A stretch of DNA of 64,000 nucleotides from the human T2T-CHM13v2.0 reference genome, Homo sapiens: NCBI RefSeq assembly GCF_009914755.1, contig NC_060933.1. One strand, 5' to 3'. How positions within the stretch are numbered: the first letter of the stretch is position 1; the number at the start of each line of letters is the position of its first letter. Of this stretch, positions 14,529 to 28,669 are shown piece by piece. The translations under genes were made by a program, and so were the position numbers. The notes beneath the pieces were generated by a model. The model was given only the letters and a program-made list of their open reading frames with translations. It was not told the origin of the DNA and did not search any database.

Positions 14529-15461
14529 GTTTGATGGCTAACAGGAAACTTCTCACATTTGTCCTGAATGACATAAACCAGAGGCCAAAGGTGAGAGTGG
14601 TGTACTTCAGTATTTCAGTGTTAGAGGTGCTAAAAAGAGCTTTGGGGAAGGGGCCATCTCTCAGCATTTAATATTTTTATTTAATTTTTGCATTTTAATG
14701 TATGCTTAATGTTAAATTTGATTTTGTTTTGGGCTAGATAATAGAATTAGAAAGCATTGATTTGCAGAATTTCAGAGCCCAAGGGGCCCTTTAGATCAAA
14801 GTCTACTTCCCTTCTCCTCACCCCTTCTCCTGTCCCTGCCATGTCCTTAACTAAGAGGAGGATCTTTTTTTAGAGAGAGAGAGATGAAAAGAAATCACAG
14901 GGGACAAGTCCAGGGTGACAAGATCCACCATCCATCACAGCTCCTAACTACAAACAGTTGGAGCCTTTCTCTTTACTCTGTGAGTTTTTTTTAATTAACC
15001 TTTTTTCATTTTTCCTACTTTAGAATTTCACATTATAGTCCTTTGTTCATTCTCCTCTTTTCTCTTGATAATGAAAATGGATATAATATGAACTTAAACT
15101 CACTTGCCCTGGGTCATTGCCAGTGCTTAATAAAAGTGTATTAGTATTTGTAGTAATGATAATAACCCACAGATAATGATGTCGCTAAAGACCAAAGGGT
15201 CCCCTTGCATGAGAAGCCCCCCCTTCTAGTCGCCTTGCTTTGCCGGATTTAACGGAGACCTTGACTGCTTCTGATAGTCATTGTCCCTTCTAAATTATCA
15301 AGGTTTCATGAAGACAAGCATTCTTCACTTAAGGGTTTTCCAGACTGTCTGATGTGCTGGGCTCTGTATAACCTTGTTCCTATGTCATCATATGTCATGC
15401 TGCCTCTTGGAAATTGTTCCCTGATGTTTGCAAAAATGAACTACTTACAGAAATTCCCTTT

Positions 15462-15463
<2 letters not shown>

Positions 15464-15507
<44 letters not shown>
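15464..15507. repeat. (CA)~22 microsatellite
   Basis: Uninterrupted CA run. Confidence 0.98.
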
Positions 15508-15508
<1 letters not shown>

Positions 15509-15739
15509 ACTATTGGAAATGGTTACAGTCAGATAAGTGGGTCAGGGTTGTGAGGGGATTTGAAGCTGTGTTGTGAGGAGTGGTGAAAATAGTGGAGGTG
15601 GCCAGGCTTTGCAGGGAGAGACTGAGGAGGAGATGGGACAGGCGTCTTCAAAAATAGGAAGATGTGTGCAAGAGGAATTTGGCCTCTTCTGGGTAGACCC
15701 ATATAGTATTAAAAAGACCAAATGCATGGGTATAATAAG

Positions 15740-15960
15740 TCTAGTTTGGCTCGATAGAAGGCAGACTTTCTTTTTAGCTGTCTGGGAAGGAAAGATGCTT
15801 GCCCTGGAAGTGGCAAGTTCTCCGTCCCTGGAGTGCTCACGCAGAAGCATCAGAGTCCCTCCACTGGGACTGCTGAGGAGGGGTTATAAGGATTAGGTGG
15901 TGTTGGAACTAAATTACTTGGGGTCACCTTCAAACCCTGAGAGGCAATAATTCTATGAGG
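15740..15960 (+). mobile_element. L3/CR1 (or MIR3) 3' end
   Basis: agttctccgtccctggagtg...ggtcaccttcaaaccctgag...attctatga tail. Confidence 0.6.
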
Positions 15961-16646
15961 TCCTTGACTTGAGAATCTAGGACCTGGATTTTAGGTTGTA
16001 GAGTGGAAGGAGTTTCTTGATAGAAAGTTCAAGCGTAGGATCAGGCTTTAGGAAGGAGAAATTAAGCCCTGACCAATGGCTCAGCATCTCCCGTGGCCCT
16101 ATTCCAATATATGACTAGGTCTAAGCCTTAGGCAAACTGCAGCTAGACCCAGCCTTTGTAAACCATGGCCCTAAAAAGTAGGTGAAGAAGTTGAAGAGAA
16201 ATGAGAAAAGAAACAGTAAGTCATCAAAGCCAAGAGTGGAGACCTTTGAAGGAGGGATAATTGGAAGTACTGGATGCTGCAGAGGACAAAGAGTCTAGGG
16301 AATGAGAAGAGGGCCTTGGATATGTCAAGGAGGAGCCAGGGGCAGTTTCTAGAATGTGGTAGGGGCAGAAGCTTGGCCTCAGGAAGACAAGAGAATGGTG
16401 GGGATGTGGAGACAAGAAGCTCAGACCACATGCTCATGAATTTGGCTGCAAGAATAATAGGGTAGAGGCTAGACCAGTAAGACCTGTGAATATCAAAGGC
16501 AGAAGGGAATGAGGATGAAGGTGAGGAGAAATTGCTTCACATTGTAGACAGAAAGTATGTTAGGTAGAGGAGAGAGGACTTCAGTACAGTATTTACAGTT
16601 GTAAAGTTCTTTCCAGGTCCATGATGCAGTTTGTTCTTTTAGATAG

Positions 16647-19025
16647 TGCATTAGTCCATTTTCACACTGCTATACAGAACTACCTGAGACTGGGTAATTT
16701 ATAAAGAGGGGGTTTAATTGACTCACAGATCTGCATGGCTGGGGAGGCCTCAGGAAAGTTACAATCATGGCAGAAGATGAAGGGGAAGCAAAGCACATCT
16801 TCCATGGTGGCAGGAGAGAAAGAGAGTGGGAGTGCCACACTTTTAAAACATCAGATCTCATGAGAACTCACTCACTATCATGAGAACAGCATGGGGGAAA
16901 TCGCCCCCATGATCCAATTACCTCCCACCAGGTCCCTCCCTCAACATGTGGGAATTACAATTTGAGATGAGATTTGGGTGAGGACACAGAGCCAAACCAT
17001 ATCATTCTGCCCTTTGCCCCTCCAAAATCTCACGTCTTTCTTACATTTCAAAACACAATGATACCTTCCCAACAGTCCCCCAAACTCTTAACTAATTTCA
17101 GCATTAACCCAAAAGTTCAAGTCCAAAGTCTCATCTGAGACAAGGGAAGTCTCTTCTGCCTATAAGCCTGTAAAATCAAAAGCAAGTTAGTTGCTTCTGA
17201 GATACAATGGGAGTGCAAACATTGGGTAAATGCTCGCATTCCAAATGGGAGAAATTGGCCAAAACAAAGGGGCTACAGGCCCCATGCAAGTCCAAAACCC
17301 AACAGGGCAGTCATTAAATCTTAAATATCCAAAATTCTCTCCTTTGACTCCATGTCTCACATCCAGGACACACTGATGCAAGAGGTGGGCTCCCAAGGCC
17401 TTGGGCAGATCCACCCCTGTGGCTCTGCAGGGTACAGCCCCTGCGGCTGATTTCACATGCTGGCATTGAGTGCCTGAGGCTTTTCCAGTTGCATGGTGCA
17501 AGCTTTCAGTGGATCTACCATTCTAGGGTCTGGAGGATGGTGGTCCTCTTCTCACAGCTCCACTAGGTAGTACCCCCGTGGGGACTCTGTGTGGGGGCTC
17601 CAACCCATATTTCCCCTCTGCATTGCCCTAGTAGAGGTTCCCCATGAGGGCTCCACTGCTGCAGCAGACTTCTGCCTAGACATCCAGGCATTTCCATACA
17701 TCCTCTGAAATCTAGGCAGAGGTTCCCAAACCTTAACTATTATCTTCTGCACACCCACAGGCCTAACACCACGTGGAAGCTGCCAAGGCTTGGGGCTTGG
17801 ACCCTGTGAAGCAGCTGCCTAAGCTGTACTTTGGCCCCTTTTAGCCATGGCTGGAACTGGAGTGGCTCGAACACAGGGCACCATGTTCTGAGGCTGCACA
17901 GAGCAGCGGGGCCCTGGCCCAGCACAGGAAACCATTTTTCCCTCCTAGGCCTCCAGGCCTGTGATAAAAGGGGCTGCCATGAAGATCTGAGCAGCCCCTC
18001 CCATCACAGGAGAAGTTTCCCTGGAGAAAATGCCCTGGAGATGTTTTCCCCATTGTCTTGGTTATTAACATTTGGCTCCTTGTTACTCATGCAAATTTCT
18101 GCAGCAGGCTTGACTTTCTTCCCTAGAAAATGGGTTTTTCTTTTCTACCACATGGTTAGGCTGCAAATTTTCAAAACTTTTACCCTCTACTTCCCTTTTA
18201 AACATAAGTTCCAACTTCAGACCATCTCTTTGTGAATGCATACGACTGTACATTTTCAGAAAAAGCCAGGTCACATCTTGAATGCTTTGCTGCTTAGAAG
18301 TTTCTTCTGCCAGATACCCTAAATCATCTCTCTCAAGTTCAAAGTTCCACAGGTCTCTAGGGCAGGGGCAAAATGCCATTACTGTCTTTGCTAAAGCATA
18401 GGTGTGACTTTTGCTCCAGTTCCCAATAAGTTACTCATCTCCATCTGAGACCGCCTCAGCCTGGACTTTATTGTCCATATCACTATCAGCATGTTGGCCA
18501 AAACCATTCAACAAGTCTCTAGGAAGTTCCAAACTTTCCCCCATCTTCCTGTCTTCTTCTGAGCCTTCCAAACTCTTCCAACCTCTGCCTGGTACCCAGT
18601 TCCAAAGTCAATTCCACATTTTCAAGTATTGTTATAGCAGTGCCCTACTTCTGGTACCAATTTTCTGTATGAGTCCGTTTTCACACTGCTATAAAGAACT
18701 ACCTGAGACTGAGTAATTTATAAAGAAAAGAGGTTCAATTGACTCACAGTTCTGCATGGCTGGTGAGACCTCAGGAAACTTACAATCATGGCAGAACGTG
18801 AAGGGAAGCAAGGAACGTCTTATGTGGTGGCAGGAGGAAGGTGGGGGCAAGTGCCACACTTTTAAAGTATCAGATCTTGTGAGAACTCCCTTACTATCAT
18901 GAGAACAGCATAGGGGAAATTTGCCCCCCATGATTCAATCACTTCCCACCAGATCCCTCCCTTGACACATGGGGATTAAAATTTGGGATGAGATTTGGGT
19001 GGGGACACAGAGTGAAACCATATCA
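16647..19025 (-). mobile_element. Full-length MaLR retroelement (MSTA/THE1D-like): LTR 16647-17004, internal 17005-18665, LTR 18666-19025
   Basis: Two homologous ~360-bp LTRs with TG..CA termini, ~1.66-kb THE1/MST-int sequence, perfect TSD gatag at 16642-16646 and 19026-19030. Confidence 0.95.
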
Positions 19026-19239
19026 GATAGTACCCTGCAGCCTTTGGGTATCAGATGCACAGACAGGCATCTGTTTCAGATGGGACTTGTTTTAAAGGTA
19101 AGGTGAGAAATCTCTAGGTTTTAGGGTGATCTTAGAGTGTGGCTGTGCAGGAAATGCTCAGAGGTGGAATCTCCAAGGGCACCTTTGACTTACTTGCTGA
19201 CTCCGTGATCACTGTTTCTCTTCACAGCCTGACTCTGCT

Positions 19240-19950
19240 GACCGCCTCTTCCATCTGCATGGCTGCCTGCCTTTGATTTTACCCTCTTCAGATTTTCCCA
19301 CCATTCCTACCACATCTCTCAGTCTGCTCTTCAGCTTTTTCCTCTGCCTTCCCCTTGATTCCAGGCTCTTACTTTGACCCCCTTCTCTTCATACTCTTCA
19401 CATTTCTCTGGATGATCCCGGCATCTCAATGGCTTCTGTTGGGTCCCAAATCTGTATCTCTGGCCCAGACCTCTCTCCTGAGTCCCAAGTCCCTGTGTGC
19501 ACAATTCCATTTGGATGTTCCATAGTCACCTAAAAGGCAACATTTCTAGAGTCAAACTACTATCCCCCCAAATCTACTTTCTGCATAGTCTCCATTTTCA
19601 GGGTGATATACATCCCAGGTTTCCTGGGATGGTCTCAGTTGAAGCCTGTTGTTCCCAGCATAATTATTAATAATTCTCTCTTTTACTCCAAAAGTGTCCT
19701 GGTTTGTATGATACATTGTACGGTCACTCCATCCATTTTGGACAATGGCATGACCACCCATTCAAAGCTCATGCCGGAAACTTCATGTTTATCCTAAACG
19801 CCCTCTTGCTTCCCTCCCACATTCTATACTGTTTGTCTCATTCCTGTAGGCTCTGAGCCCCTGGAGGGGAGGGGCAGTGTCTTGTTCACTCTGATGTTCC
19901 CCGTGCCAAGCATAGTCTTGCCTAAGAAGATGCTCAGTAGATGCTGAATA
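19240..19950 (+). mobile_element. L2 fragments, split by MER94
   Basis: tctggcccagacctctctcctgag...ccatttggatgttccatag; 3' end gatgctcagtagatgctgaat. Confidence 0.7.
19599..19731. mobile_element. MER94-like hAT-Blackjack MITE
   Basis: cagggtga...ggtcactcca termini; perfect 8-bp TSD tccatttt at 19591-19598 and 19732-19739. Confidence 0.85.
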
Positions 19951-20210
19951 AAGGGCAAGAAGATGGAGTTAACTGATGGAATGAGAAGCCATGGAAAATT
20001 AGAGGGAAGGGTGGTCCTGTGGCCTAACTTCTCATCCTGCAGATGAGGAAATTGAGGCCTAGGGTGGAAAATGAACTTGACCCAGGTCAATGCCAGAGTC
20101 AGTATTAGACCCCAGGTCTCCAGTAACCTCTCCATGGCTCTTGTGTAGGTGGTTTAAGTCTTCTTCATTAAGTACAGGGACAGCTCAGCAGTCAGTTCTT
20201 ATTAGGCCCT

Positions 20211-20259
20211 TGTGTGTATGTGCGTGTGTGCGTGCATGTGTGTGTGTGTGTGTGTGTGT
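20211..20259. repeat. (TG)n with CG/CA interruptions
   Basis: Alternating purine-pyrimidine run. Confidence 0.95.
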
Positions 20260-20373
20260 CTCCTGGGGGTTTTGTGTGTGCCACAGAGGGGAAGAATAGA
20301 TGTCCTTTCTTCCAACAATGTTCAAAGGAGCTGAGCAAACCTTTCAAGGCTTATATAAGAGACATTCCACCAT

Positions 20374-20711
20374 TTTCTTTTTTCTTTTTTATCTTTTTTT
20401 TTTTTTTTTTTTCTTCTGAATCAAGGTCTCACTTTATCACCCAGGCTAGAGTGCAGTGGCGCGAACACAGCTCACTGCAGCCTTGACTTCCTGAGCTCAA
20501 GTGATCCTCCCACCTTAGCTTCCCAAGTAGCTGGGACTACAGGCACGTGCCACCACACCCCACTAATTTTTGTATTATTATTATTATTATTTTTAGAGAC
20601 GAGGTCTTGCTATGTTGCCCAGACTGGTCTCAAACTCCTGAGCTCAAGAGATCTGCCCATGTTGGCCTCACAAAATGCTGGGATTACAGGTGTTAGCCAC
20701 CATGCCTGGCC
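20374..20711 (-). mobile_element. AluJ-like
   Basis: cacagctcactgcagccttgac; (tta)n linker. Confidence 0.92.
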
Positions 20712-21185
20712 TCCATCAGTTTTCTCTTGGAGATATTTTTATCTTCTTAGCATTGCCAGAAGGATTAAAACAAAATCTGATCTCACAGTTTCTCAGGTAT
20801 TGTTTTTTTCTGATGTTGCTGTTGTTTTTAAACTAAAAGTCAGATGCCATGAAACATCCTCAGCGTGGCAGGTAAGTGGGAGGCTATGATATAATTTATT
20901 GTTCAGTCCTGACATTTGTGTTGGTGGACACAAGGAGGCTATTTGACTGCTTTAGTAGAATTCTCCCTGCCTTCTTTTAGTTCGTTTCCGATTCTTCTCT
21001 TAGGCTGGTCTTGGCTAATAAATAATTTGATTTTGAAAAATATCTTTCCCTTTTCTGAACCTTGTATTCTGAGTTCATAAAATGAGTAGGTTAGACCATA
21101 CACTTCCCAGCTGCTTCCAGCCCACAATTCTGTCATATTAAGTTCCTCTCCCCATTGCTTGGAGAAGACTTAGACATCATATCCA

Positions 21186-21403
21186 CAGGTTGAGAACCCC
21201 TAATCCCCAAACCCCAAATGCTCCCAAATCTGAAACTTTTTGAGCTCCAAAATGATGCTCAAGGGAAGTCCTCATCGGAACATTTCAGATTTCAGATTTT
21301 TGGATTAGGGATGCTCAACCGGTATGATGCAAATATTTCCAAATCTGAAAAAATTTGAAACACTTCTTGTCCCAAGCAGTTTGAGTAAGGGATACTAAAC
21401 CTG
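21186..21403. mobile_element. Tigger4a/MER46-like TcMar MITE
   Basis: TIRs caggttgagaacccctaat / taagggatactaaacctg, followed by TA. Confidence 0.85.
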
Positions 21404-22361
21404 TACCATATATATCTCTAATCTCTCTCTCTCCACATATATATATATACTATTACATCTGTGCTTCTGCTTTGTTCTTGGCCAGAACGAATATCTCTCC
21501 TTTCCTTACTCTTGATACTTAAATTCATCATTTCTTAAATGTCTAATCCTCTTTCTTTTCTAAACACTCTAATAAGCTTATTATTTCAACCATTTATATT
21601 TAACATTAAAGTTTAATCATGAAGTTGTTAACCATAGAAAATTATTAAATAAGTGAGTTTGGAATGAGCGTGGAACAGCTGAAAAAATGAGTGAATATTT
21701 CAAAATGAGCACTTTGGAAAAGAAATTTATGCATAGAAAACAATGGAGAATTACAATTAAGAGCTCTGGGGATCTCAAACTGATTTGTCCAGCTATTACA
21801 CAGTCATTTCAATTTAAATTAAAATTGTAACTATTTTCTAGTCTACTAAAAATATGAGGTGTCACATTAAGAGTTTTAATGGTGCGTTCTCTGGGGAATG
21901 CAAAAATGCAAGACTGTAGCACATAAATAACTCTATATTGAAGAGTGGATAAATTCTCTGCCAAAAGTGAATATGATAAAAACAGAAATGACAGTGGATT
22001 ATTTTATTCCCTCTAGTGAAGCGCAGCCCACACATTAGAGCCAAAAAACAGTTCACAGGGTGTCTAATTCCATATCACTTTGTCGGAGGTTATGAAAAGA
22101 GCAACACAAAAAAGTTTAGCTGGTTGACGAATTCAGGCATAAATGAGGCCATATATTTTGTTCCCAAAGTAAAATATTTTTTAGCTACAGAGAGTAGGTT
22201 GATGTTAATATTTGATATCCTTGATTCATAGAAAATTGGATTAGTCAAGGTTTTAACCACTGTAGAACACGTTTAAGGCAATCACACTTCAGGAGGAGAA
22301 AAAAAAAAAAGTCAAAAGCAGGAGGTGTGACTTCCAGGAATAGAATAGTAGGATAAACACT

Positions 22362-22377
22362 GGTGTGTGTGTAGGGG

Positions 22378-22411
<34 letters not shown>
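22362..22411. repeat. (TG)n microsatellite
   Basis: TG run. Confidence 0.95.
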
Positions 22412-22720
22412 GTCATGTATGCTAGAATGGTTGGTAAGGGTAGGTGGAAGTTCTGATGATGGGACACAGAAAATTTGGAATTTTATTGTAATACAAGTGA
22501 ATTAAGATGAAAGCATCGAGACATCCAGGTAAAAGCATCTGGACATCTGGAGAAAGGAAAGAGTTAATTGAAGAACCAGGAACAAGAGAGTTATTATAAC
22601 TAAGCTTGACAGAGTTTCCTGGGAGCCAAAATAAAAAAGGAAATAAGTGGGTTTCATAATTCTTGTTGTCATGTCAATATTTGCCTACTTCTAAGCTCTT
22701 GGAGAAATTTGTTGTTTAGA

Positions 22721-22880
22721 GCAATGGTTCTCAAACTTTAGAATGATCTGGGAAGTTTAAAAAATTCGGATGCATGAGCCCCATCCCCAGAAATTGTTTA
22801 ATTTGTCTAGGGTGGGGCATGTACATTTATGTATTTGAAAGACTCCTCAGGTGGGTGTGAGGCACAGCCAGGCCTGTGGC
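22721..22880. mobile_element. MER5-like hAT-Charlie
   Basis: caatggttctcaaacttt...ccccatccccagaaattg...ctcctcaggtg. Confidence 0.65.
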
Positions 22881-23456
22881 TCAGTGGTTTTATGGACAAC
22901 GAATTAGTAATTGCTGTTCTGCAGAAGATGCAGAAACTCTTAATATAGCCAATTATCATATTGATTCTTAATACAAGAAGAGTATTGATTTGTATTTCAG
23001 TGGAGGTATTTCTAAAACAATTCAAATTCAGGTTTCCTGCCACAGGAAATTACAGGCATCTGTACTTTCAGCAATCCATTCCTGAAAATCAGACATTTTC
23101 TATAAAAATGCTGACTGGAGCCTATTTTCCATTATTTCAGATGGGAATAAAATACAATGTCATATGTCAACCCAAAACCTTTAACCAAATTTTCCTAAAA
23201 ATATAATTACAGCATAATCAAATGCCTTTATTTATGTTATAAACTATCACATTACAATGGAAAAATTACAACATCCCTTCTAGCATTAAATGATCAGTTG
23301 GGTTGTCAACAGATTTTTGTGTGCAGTGACAATGTCTCTTTTAGTGCCAGCCCCATCTGAGATGTGACGTTCAAAATTGTGCATGTCGATTCTGACAGTC
23401 TACTAATCGGAGTTGGAATATAAGGAGAATTTTTTCAGTCATTGTTTTGTTCATAA

Positions 23457-23768
<312 letters not shown>

Positions 23769-23769
23769 G

Positions 23770-24350
23770 ATATGTGGTTTTTTTGTAGATTCAGGGTGTA
23801 CACATGCAGGTTAGTTACATGGAGGTATTGTATAACACTGAGGTTTGGGCTTCTAATGATCTTGTCACCTAAGTAGTGAACGTAGTACCTGATAGGTAGT
23901 TTTTCAAACTTTGCCTTCCTCCTTACCTCCCTGCTTTTGAAATCCCTTGTATTTATTGTTCCCATCTTTATGTCCATGTGCATCCAATGTTTAGCTCCCA
24001 CCCATAAGTGAGAACATGTGATATTTGGTTTTCTGTTTCTGCATTAATTTGCTTAGGATAATGGCCTCCAGCTGCATCCATGTTACTGCAAAGGACATGA
24101 TTTTGTTCTTTCTATGGCTGCATAGTGTTCCATAGTGTATATGCACCACAGTTTCTTTATCCAATCCACTGCTGATAGGCACCTGGATTGATTCCATGTC
24201 TCTGCTATTGTGTGGATAATGCTACAATAAACATATGAGTGCAAGTGTCTTTTTGGTAGAAGCATTTATTTTCCTTTGGGCATGAACCCAGTAAATGGGA
24301 CTGCTGCGTCAAACGGTAACTCTATTTTTAGCTCTTTGAGAAATCTACAG
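23770..24350 (-). mobile_element. L1 3' end (old L1PA/L1PB/L1MA type)
   Basis: ORF 23991-24197 (-) SFAVTWMQLEAIILSKL..KYHMFSL matches the L1 ORF2 C-terminus. Confidence 0.9.
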
Positions 24351-24792
24351 TGAGTTTTTGAAGTCATAAATATAAATTTCCCCTTTTTGAATATTTGCTG
24401 AAATAATATATTGAAAGGTACATACATTCTATGAAATTTAAACTAAGATGCATTCTACCAAGAAAATGTTACACAGAAAGACATTCTGTATTTTAAAACT
24501 TCAAGATGCATGACCATGGTTGAGAGTTGAATTAGTAAGGATGTTCTTCGGGCTGCAGTAATAGAACATTCTCGTTAAAGTGGGTATTCATAGCCAGAAA
24601 TCAATCCAGAGCTGCTGTTAAGTCCAGCAGCCTAACAATACAACCAAAGGCTAATGCCATTCCCACCTGCTTTATGTTTTACCACATTCGTGGCGTTGGT
24701 GATGTCTCCGCTCATGGTCACAGGATGGCTGCAGTAGCTCAGAGCACCACATCTGCTGTCAACAGAGTCCAAAAGCAGAAAGGGAGGGAGTT

Positions 24793-25454
24793 TGTATTTT
24801 TCTGTTTTCATGCTGCTGATAAAGACTTACTTGAGACTGGGTAATTCATAGAGATAAAGAGATTTCATGGACTCACAGATCCACATGGCTGGGAAGGCCT
24901 CACAATTATGGCAGAAGGCAAAAGGCATGTCTTACATAGTGGCAGACAAGAGAGAATGAGAGCCAAATGAAAGGGGTTTCCCCTTATAAAACCATCAGAT
25001 TGGCTGGGTGCAGTGGCTCACACCTGTAATCCCAGCACTTTGGGAAGCCGAGGTGGGTGGATCACATGAGGTTAGGAGTTCAAGACCAGCCTAGCCAACA
25101 TGGCGAAACCCTGTCTCTACTAAAAATACAAAAAAATAGCCGGGCATGGTGGCGGGCACCTGTAATCCCAGCTACTCGGGAGGCTGAGGCAGGAGAATTA
25201 CCTGAACCTGGGAGGTGGAGGTTGCACTGAGCCTACATCGTACCATTGCACTCCAGCCAAGTGAAACTCCGTCTCAAAAACAAAAACAAACCCATCAGGT
25301 CTCATGAGACTTATTCACTACAATGAGAACAGTATGGGAGAAACTGCCCCCATGCTTCAATTATCTCTCACCGAGTCCCTCCCACAACATGGGGGAATTA
25401 TGGGAGCTACAATTCAAGATGAGATTTGGGTGGGGACACAGCCAAACAGTATCA
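24793..25454 (-). mobile_element. THE1 (B/C-like) solo LTR interrupted by Alu
   Basis: ttttcatgctgctgataaagac...gagatttgggtggggacacagccaaacagtatca. Confidence 0.9.
25002..25290 (+). mobile_element. Alu (AluS) inside THE1
   Basis: Dimer; TSD aaa(a/c)ccatcag. Confidence 0.95.
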
Positions 25455-26249
25455 GAACTCATCCTATAAGCCTCTCCTTATATCGGGAGCAAGGTTTGTC
25501 TTTCTCACAAGCCTTCAAGCAAAATTCTGACATGTCCCTAGCAGAAATGGGTTTCATGGCCATCCACAGCTATAAAGAAGGCTGGAAAGTAGTTACTGTG
25601 CATCTATAACCTCTATCATCATGCAAGGAAGATGGAGGAGAAGATAGGCCAGTGGAAAGGTCTACAGAGTCCATGCTCTATCATTTATGAGCTATGTGTT
25701 CTTGGCTAGGTATCTTACCTTCCATAAGTTGATAGGGTTTTCCAACAGAGCACTTTTGCCTGCATTTGAAGATATCACTTTTAAATGCTTGACTTGATTG
25801 AGAAAGAGAATATCTTTGGAGATTCTCAGGGCACCATGGCATATAAAAATCTCTAACAAGTTTTGCAGTAAAAAGAACAGTTTAACTGTGTTAAGTGCAG
25901 TGTTTCCAAAATGTATTTGACTACACAACCTTTTTTTTTTAAAAAATTGGAAACTTGTTAATATGCTGTGGACCCAATGTTCTATGGAGTTCTTCCAGAA
26001 ACACAGCTGTGTTAGATTGAAATTTCTTGAAGATGGCAGCTCCATCTTTAAGTTTTCAGGAGTCTCAGTAGAGTTTCCAACTAACTGCTACTCCTTCAAT
26101 CATAGGTTCAATCTCTCTTCCTCTGGGAAGACCTCTCCTCCATCCAAACAGGGTCAATATCCTGTCCTGACCTTGGTTTGGTCTGTATCCTGTCCACGTG
26201 TATCCTTTCTATCCTGTCCTCTTTTTTCATAACACCATAACTGCAATAA

Positions 26250-26407
26250 ATTATTGAGTATAACTATAACTATATGTCATCTATCTTGCCAGATAGACTG
26301 TAAACTCCCTGACGGCAAGGGTAATGTCTGGTTCACTGCTTTGTCTCCAGTGTCTACCACAGTGGCTAGCATATAGTAGGTGCTCAATACATATTTTTGA
26401 ATGAATG
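26250..26407 (+). mobile_element. L2 3' end
   Basis: agactgtaaactccctgacggcaagg...gtaggtgctcaatacatatttttgaatgaatg. Confidence 0.8.
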
Positions 26408-26890
26408 TCTCACACGTGATGGACTATAGAAATATTTGTGTAATGGACACATTTTGTTTTGTTCCCTAGCACCAAACCATCTTCTTCTAGGATTACCCGC
26501 TAATCCCCTATTTTATCTATATGGTGGGGTGTTTCCCACTAGTAATTGGTCCAGGAGTGGTTATTTGGGACAGTAAGCTGTCTCCTAGGGCTTTTAAAAT
26601 TTGGGATAGAAGGAAGCTTAGATTTCTTTCTTCTCAGTGAATAGAAACATTAAGAGGCAAAGCTCAGGCACCATTGGTCACCATATTTCTTTATCTTTGA
26701 ACCAGAGAACTAGAGAAGGCAGAGAGAGAGAGTGAGAGAGAGAGAGGATATAAATATCCAGCCAGAAAAGGGAAATGAAGAGAGTGTCCTGGCAAAGTCT
26801 GTACCCCTGGGTTTTGCACTGGGACCCTGCCATATTCCTGTTCATGGGTTCCACGAGCTTCTCTTTTATCCTTATAATAACTCTGTCTTC

Positions 26891-27209
<319 letters not shown>

Positions 27210-28296
27210 TCATTCAAGCTCATTCGAGTTGGTTTCCTGCTACCTGTGAATCCTAAGTAACACAATTTGCTAAATGAATTAATTATTTGGCATAAGTCAG
27301 ATGGGAAAAGAAAGAGAACGTAGGGTCCTTGCATTCACCATTGTGTATAAAGCAGTGAGCAGAGGGACTGCGTTGAATTCAAACTTGGTGAACCAGGACT
27401 CAAGCAGAGCAAGCCAAATTCAAGAAGAGGAAACATTCAATCTATTTATGTACACGGTGGTTTTGGGGGTCAAATGGGTTAAGAAGCATGCATGTGCTTA
27501 AAAACTGAAATACAAAAAATTTTTACAATAAACCCAAATAGACATTCTTGGAGGAAAAAAGACTACTAAAATCCCAAACCACAGGCATTACCAAGAACCT
27601 GATGGCCAACATTCTGTAGCTGTCATCGTCCCCTCGAATGCCCAGACCTCTTCTGCCTTCCCCACGAAGAGCACTCAGCCCCACGCTGCCAAAGCACCTG
27701 GCCCATCTGCATTCTGCAGGTGTGTTCAAAGTCATTCAGCTTCTTGTTTCTTGTTTGCCCTACCTGAAGACACTCAGGCTGTGTGAAGGACACCAGCAGG
27801 CCACTGTAGGGTGACTCTTATGATTGAATAATGCATGAACTCAGCAGTGGCCGGGTGGGAGCCTCCCCAAGTGGGTGGTGGGTTGAGGACAGGGTCTGGC
27901 CTCCATCTGTGGGGACCTGGCTTTCCAGCCGTGGGATCTTTCAGATTGATGGCTCAGTCCATATGGAAGAAGTACCTTTAGTATGTTTTCTTAAATGTTT
28001 CTTAGCTGGGCTGGAAGGCAGTTTGGATTGACAAATTAGACAATCGTGCTTAACAGTTTCACAGGATGCTCATGTCCCGTTAATCTCATAGGGGCCTCAC
28101 TATAGCTCTGGTGGTACAGGGATCATGGTTGTTATCTATCATCTGTTGACAGGGAAACTGAGACCCTAAGAACATATGACTTGCCCATGAGAAGATTAAT
28201 CTTCTGGGTTGACTTAAAAATAATACTCCTAGATTAACTGAATTCACAAGATGTTCTGTTCTTAAGGCAAGTTGGAATTTAAGAATTATTTCTCTA

Positions 28297-28662
<366 letters not shown>

Positions 28663-28669
28663 CTAGAAA

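Larger units (their letters stand above)
24530..25670 (-). mobile_element. Old MLT1-like LTR interrupted by THE1
   Basis: attagtaaggatgttcttcgggctgcagtaatagaa...catggtcacaggatggctgcag; resumes gaaatgggtttcatggccatcc. Confidence 0.6.

Noticed and set aside
17187-18716. Several ORFs within the MaLR internal region
   Set aside because: Broken remnants of the MaLR internal ORF and chance frames; no intact gag or pol.
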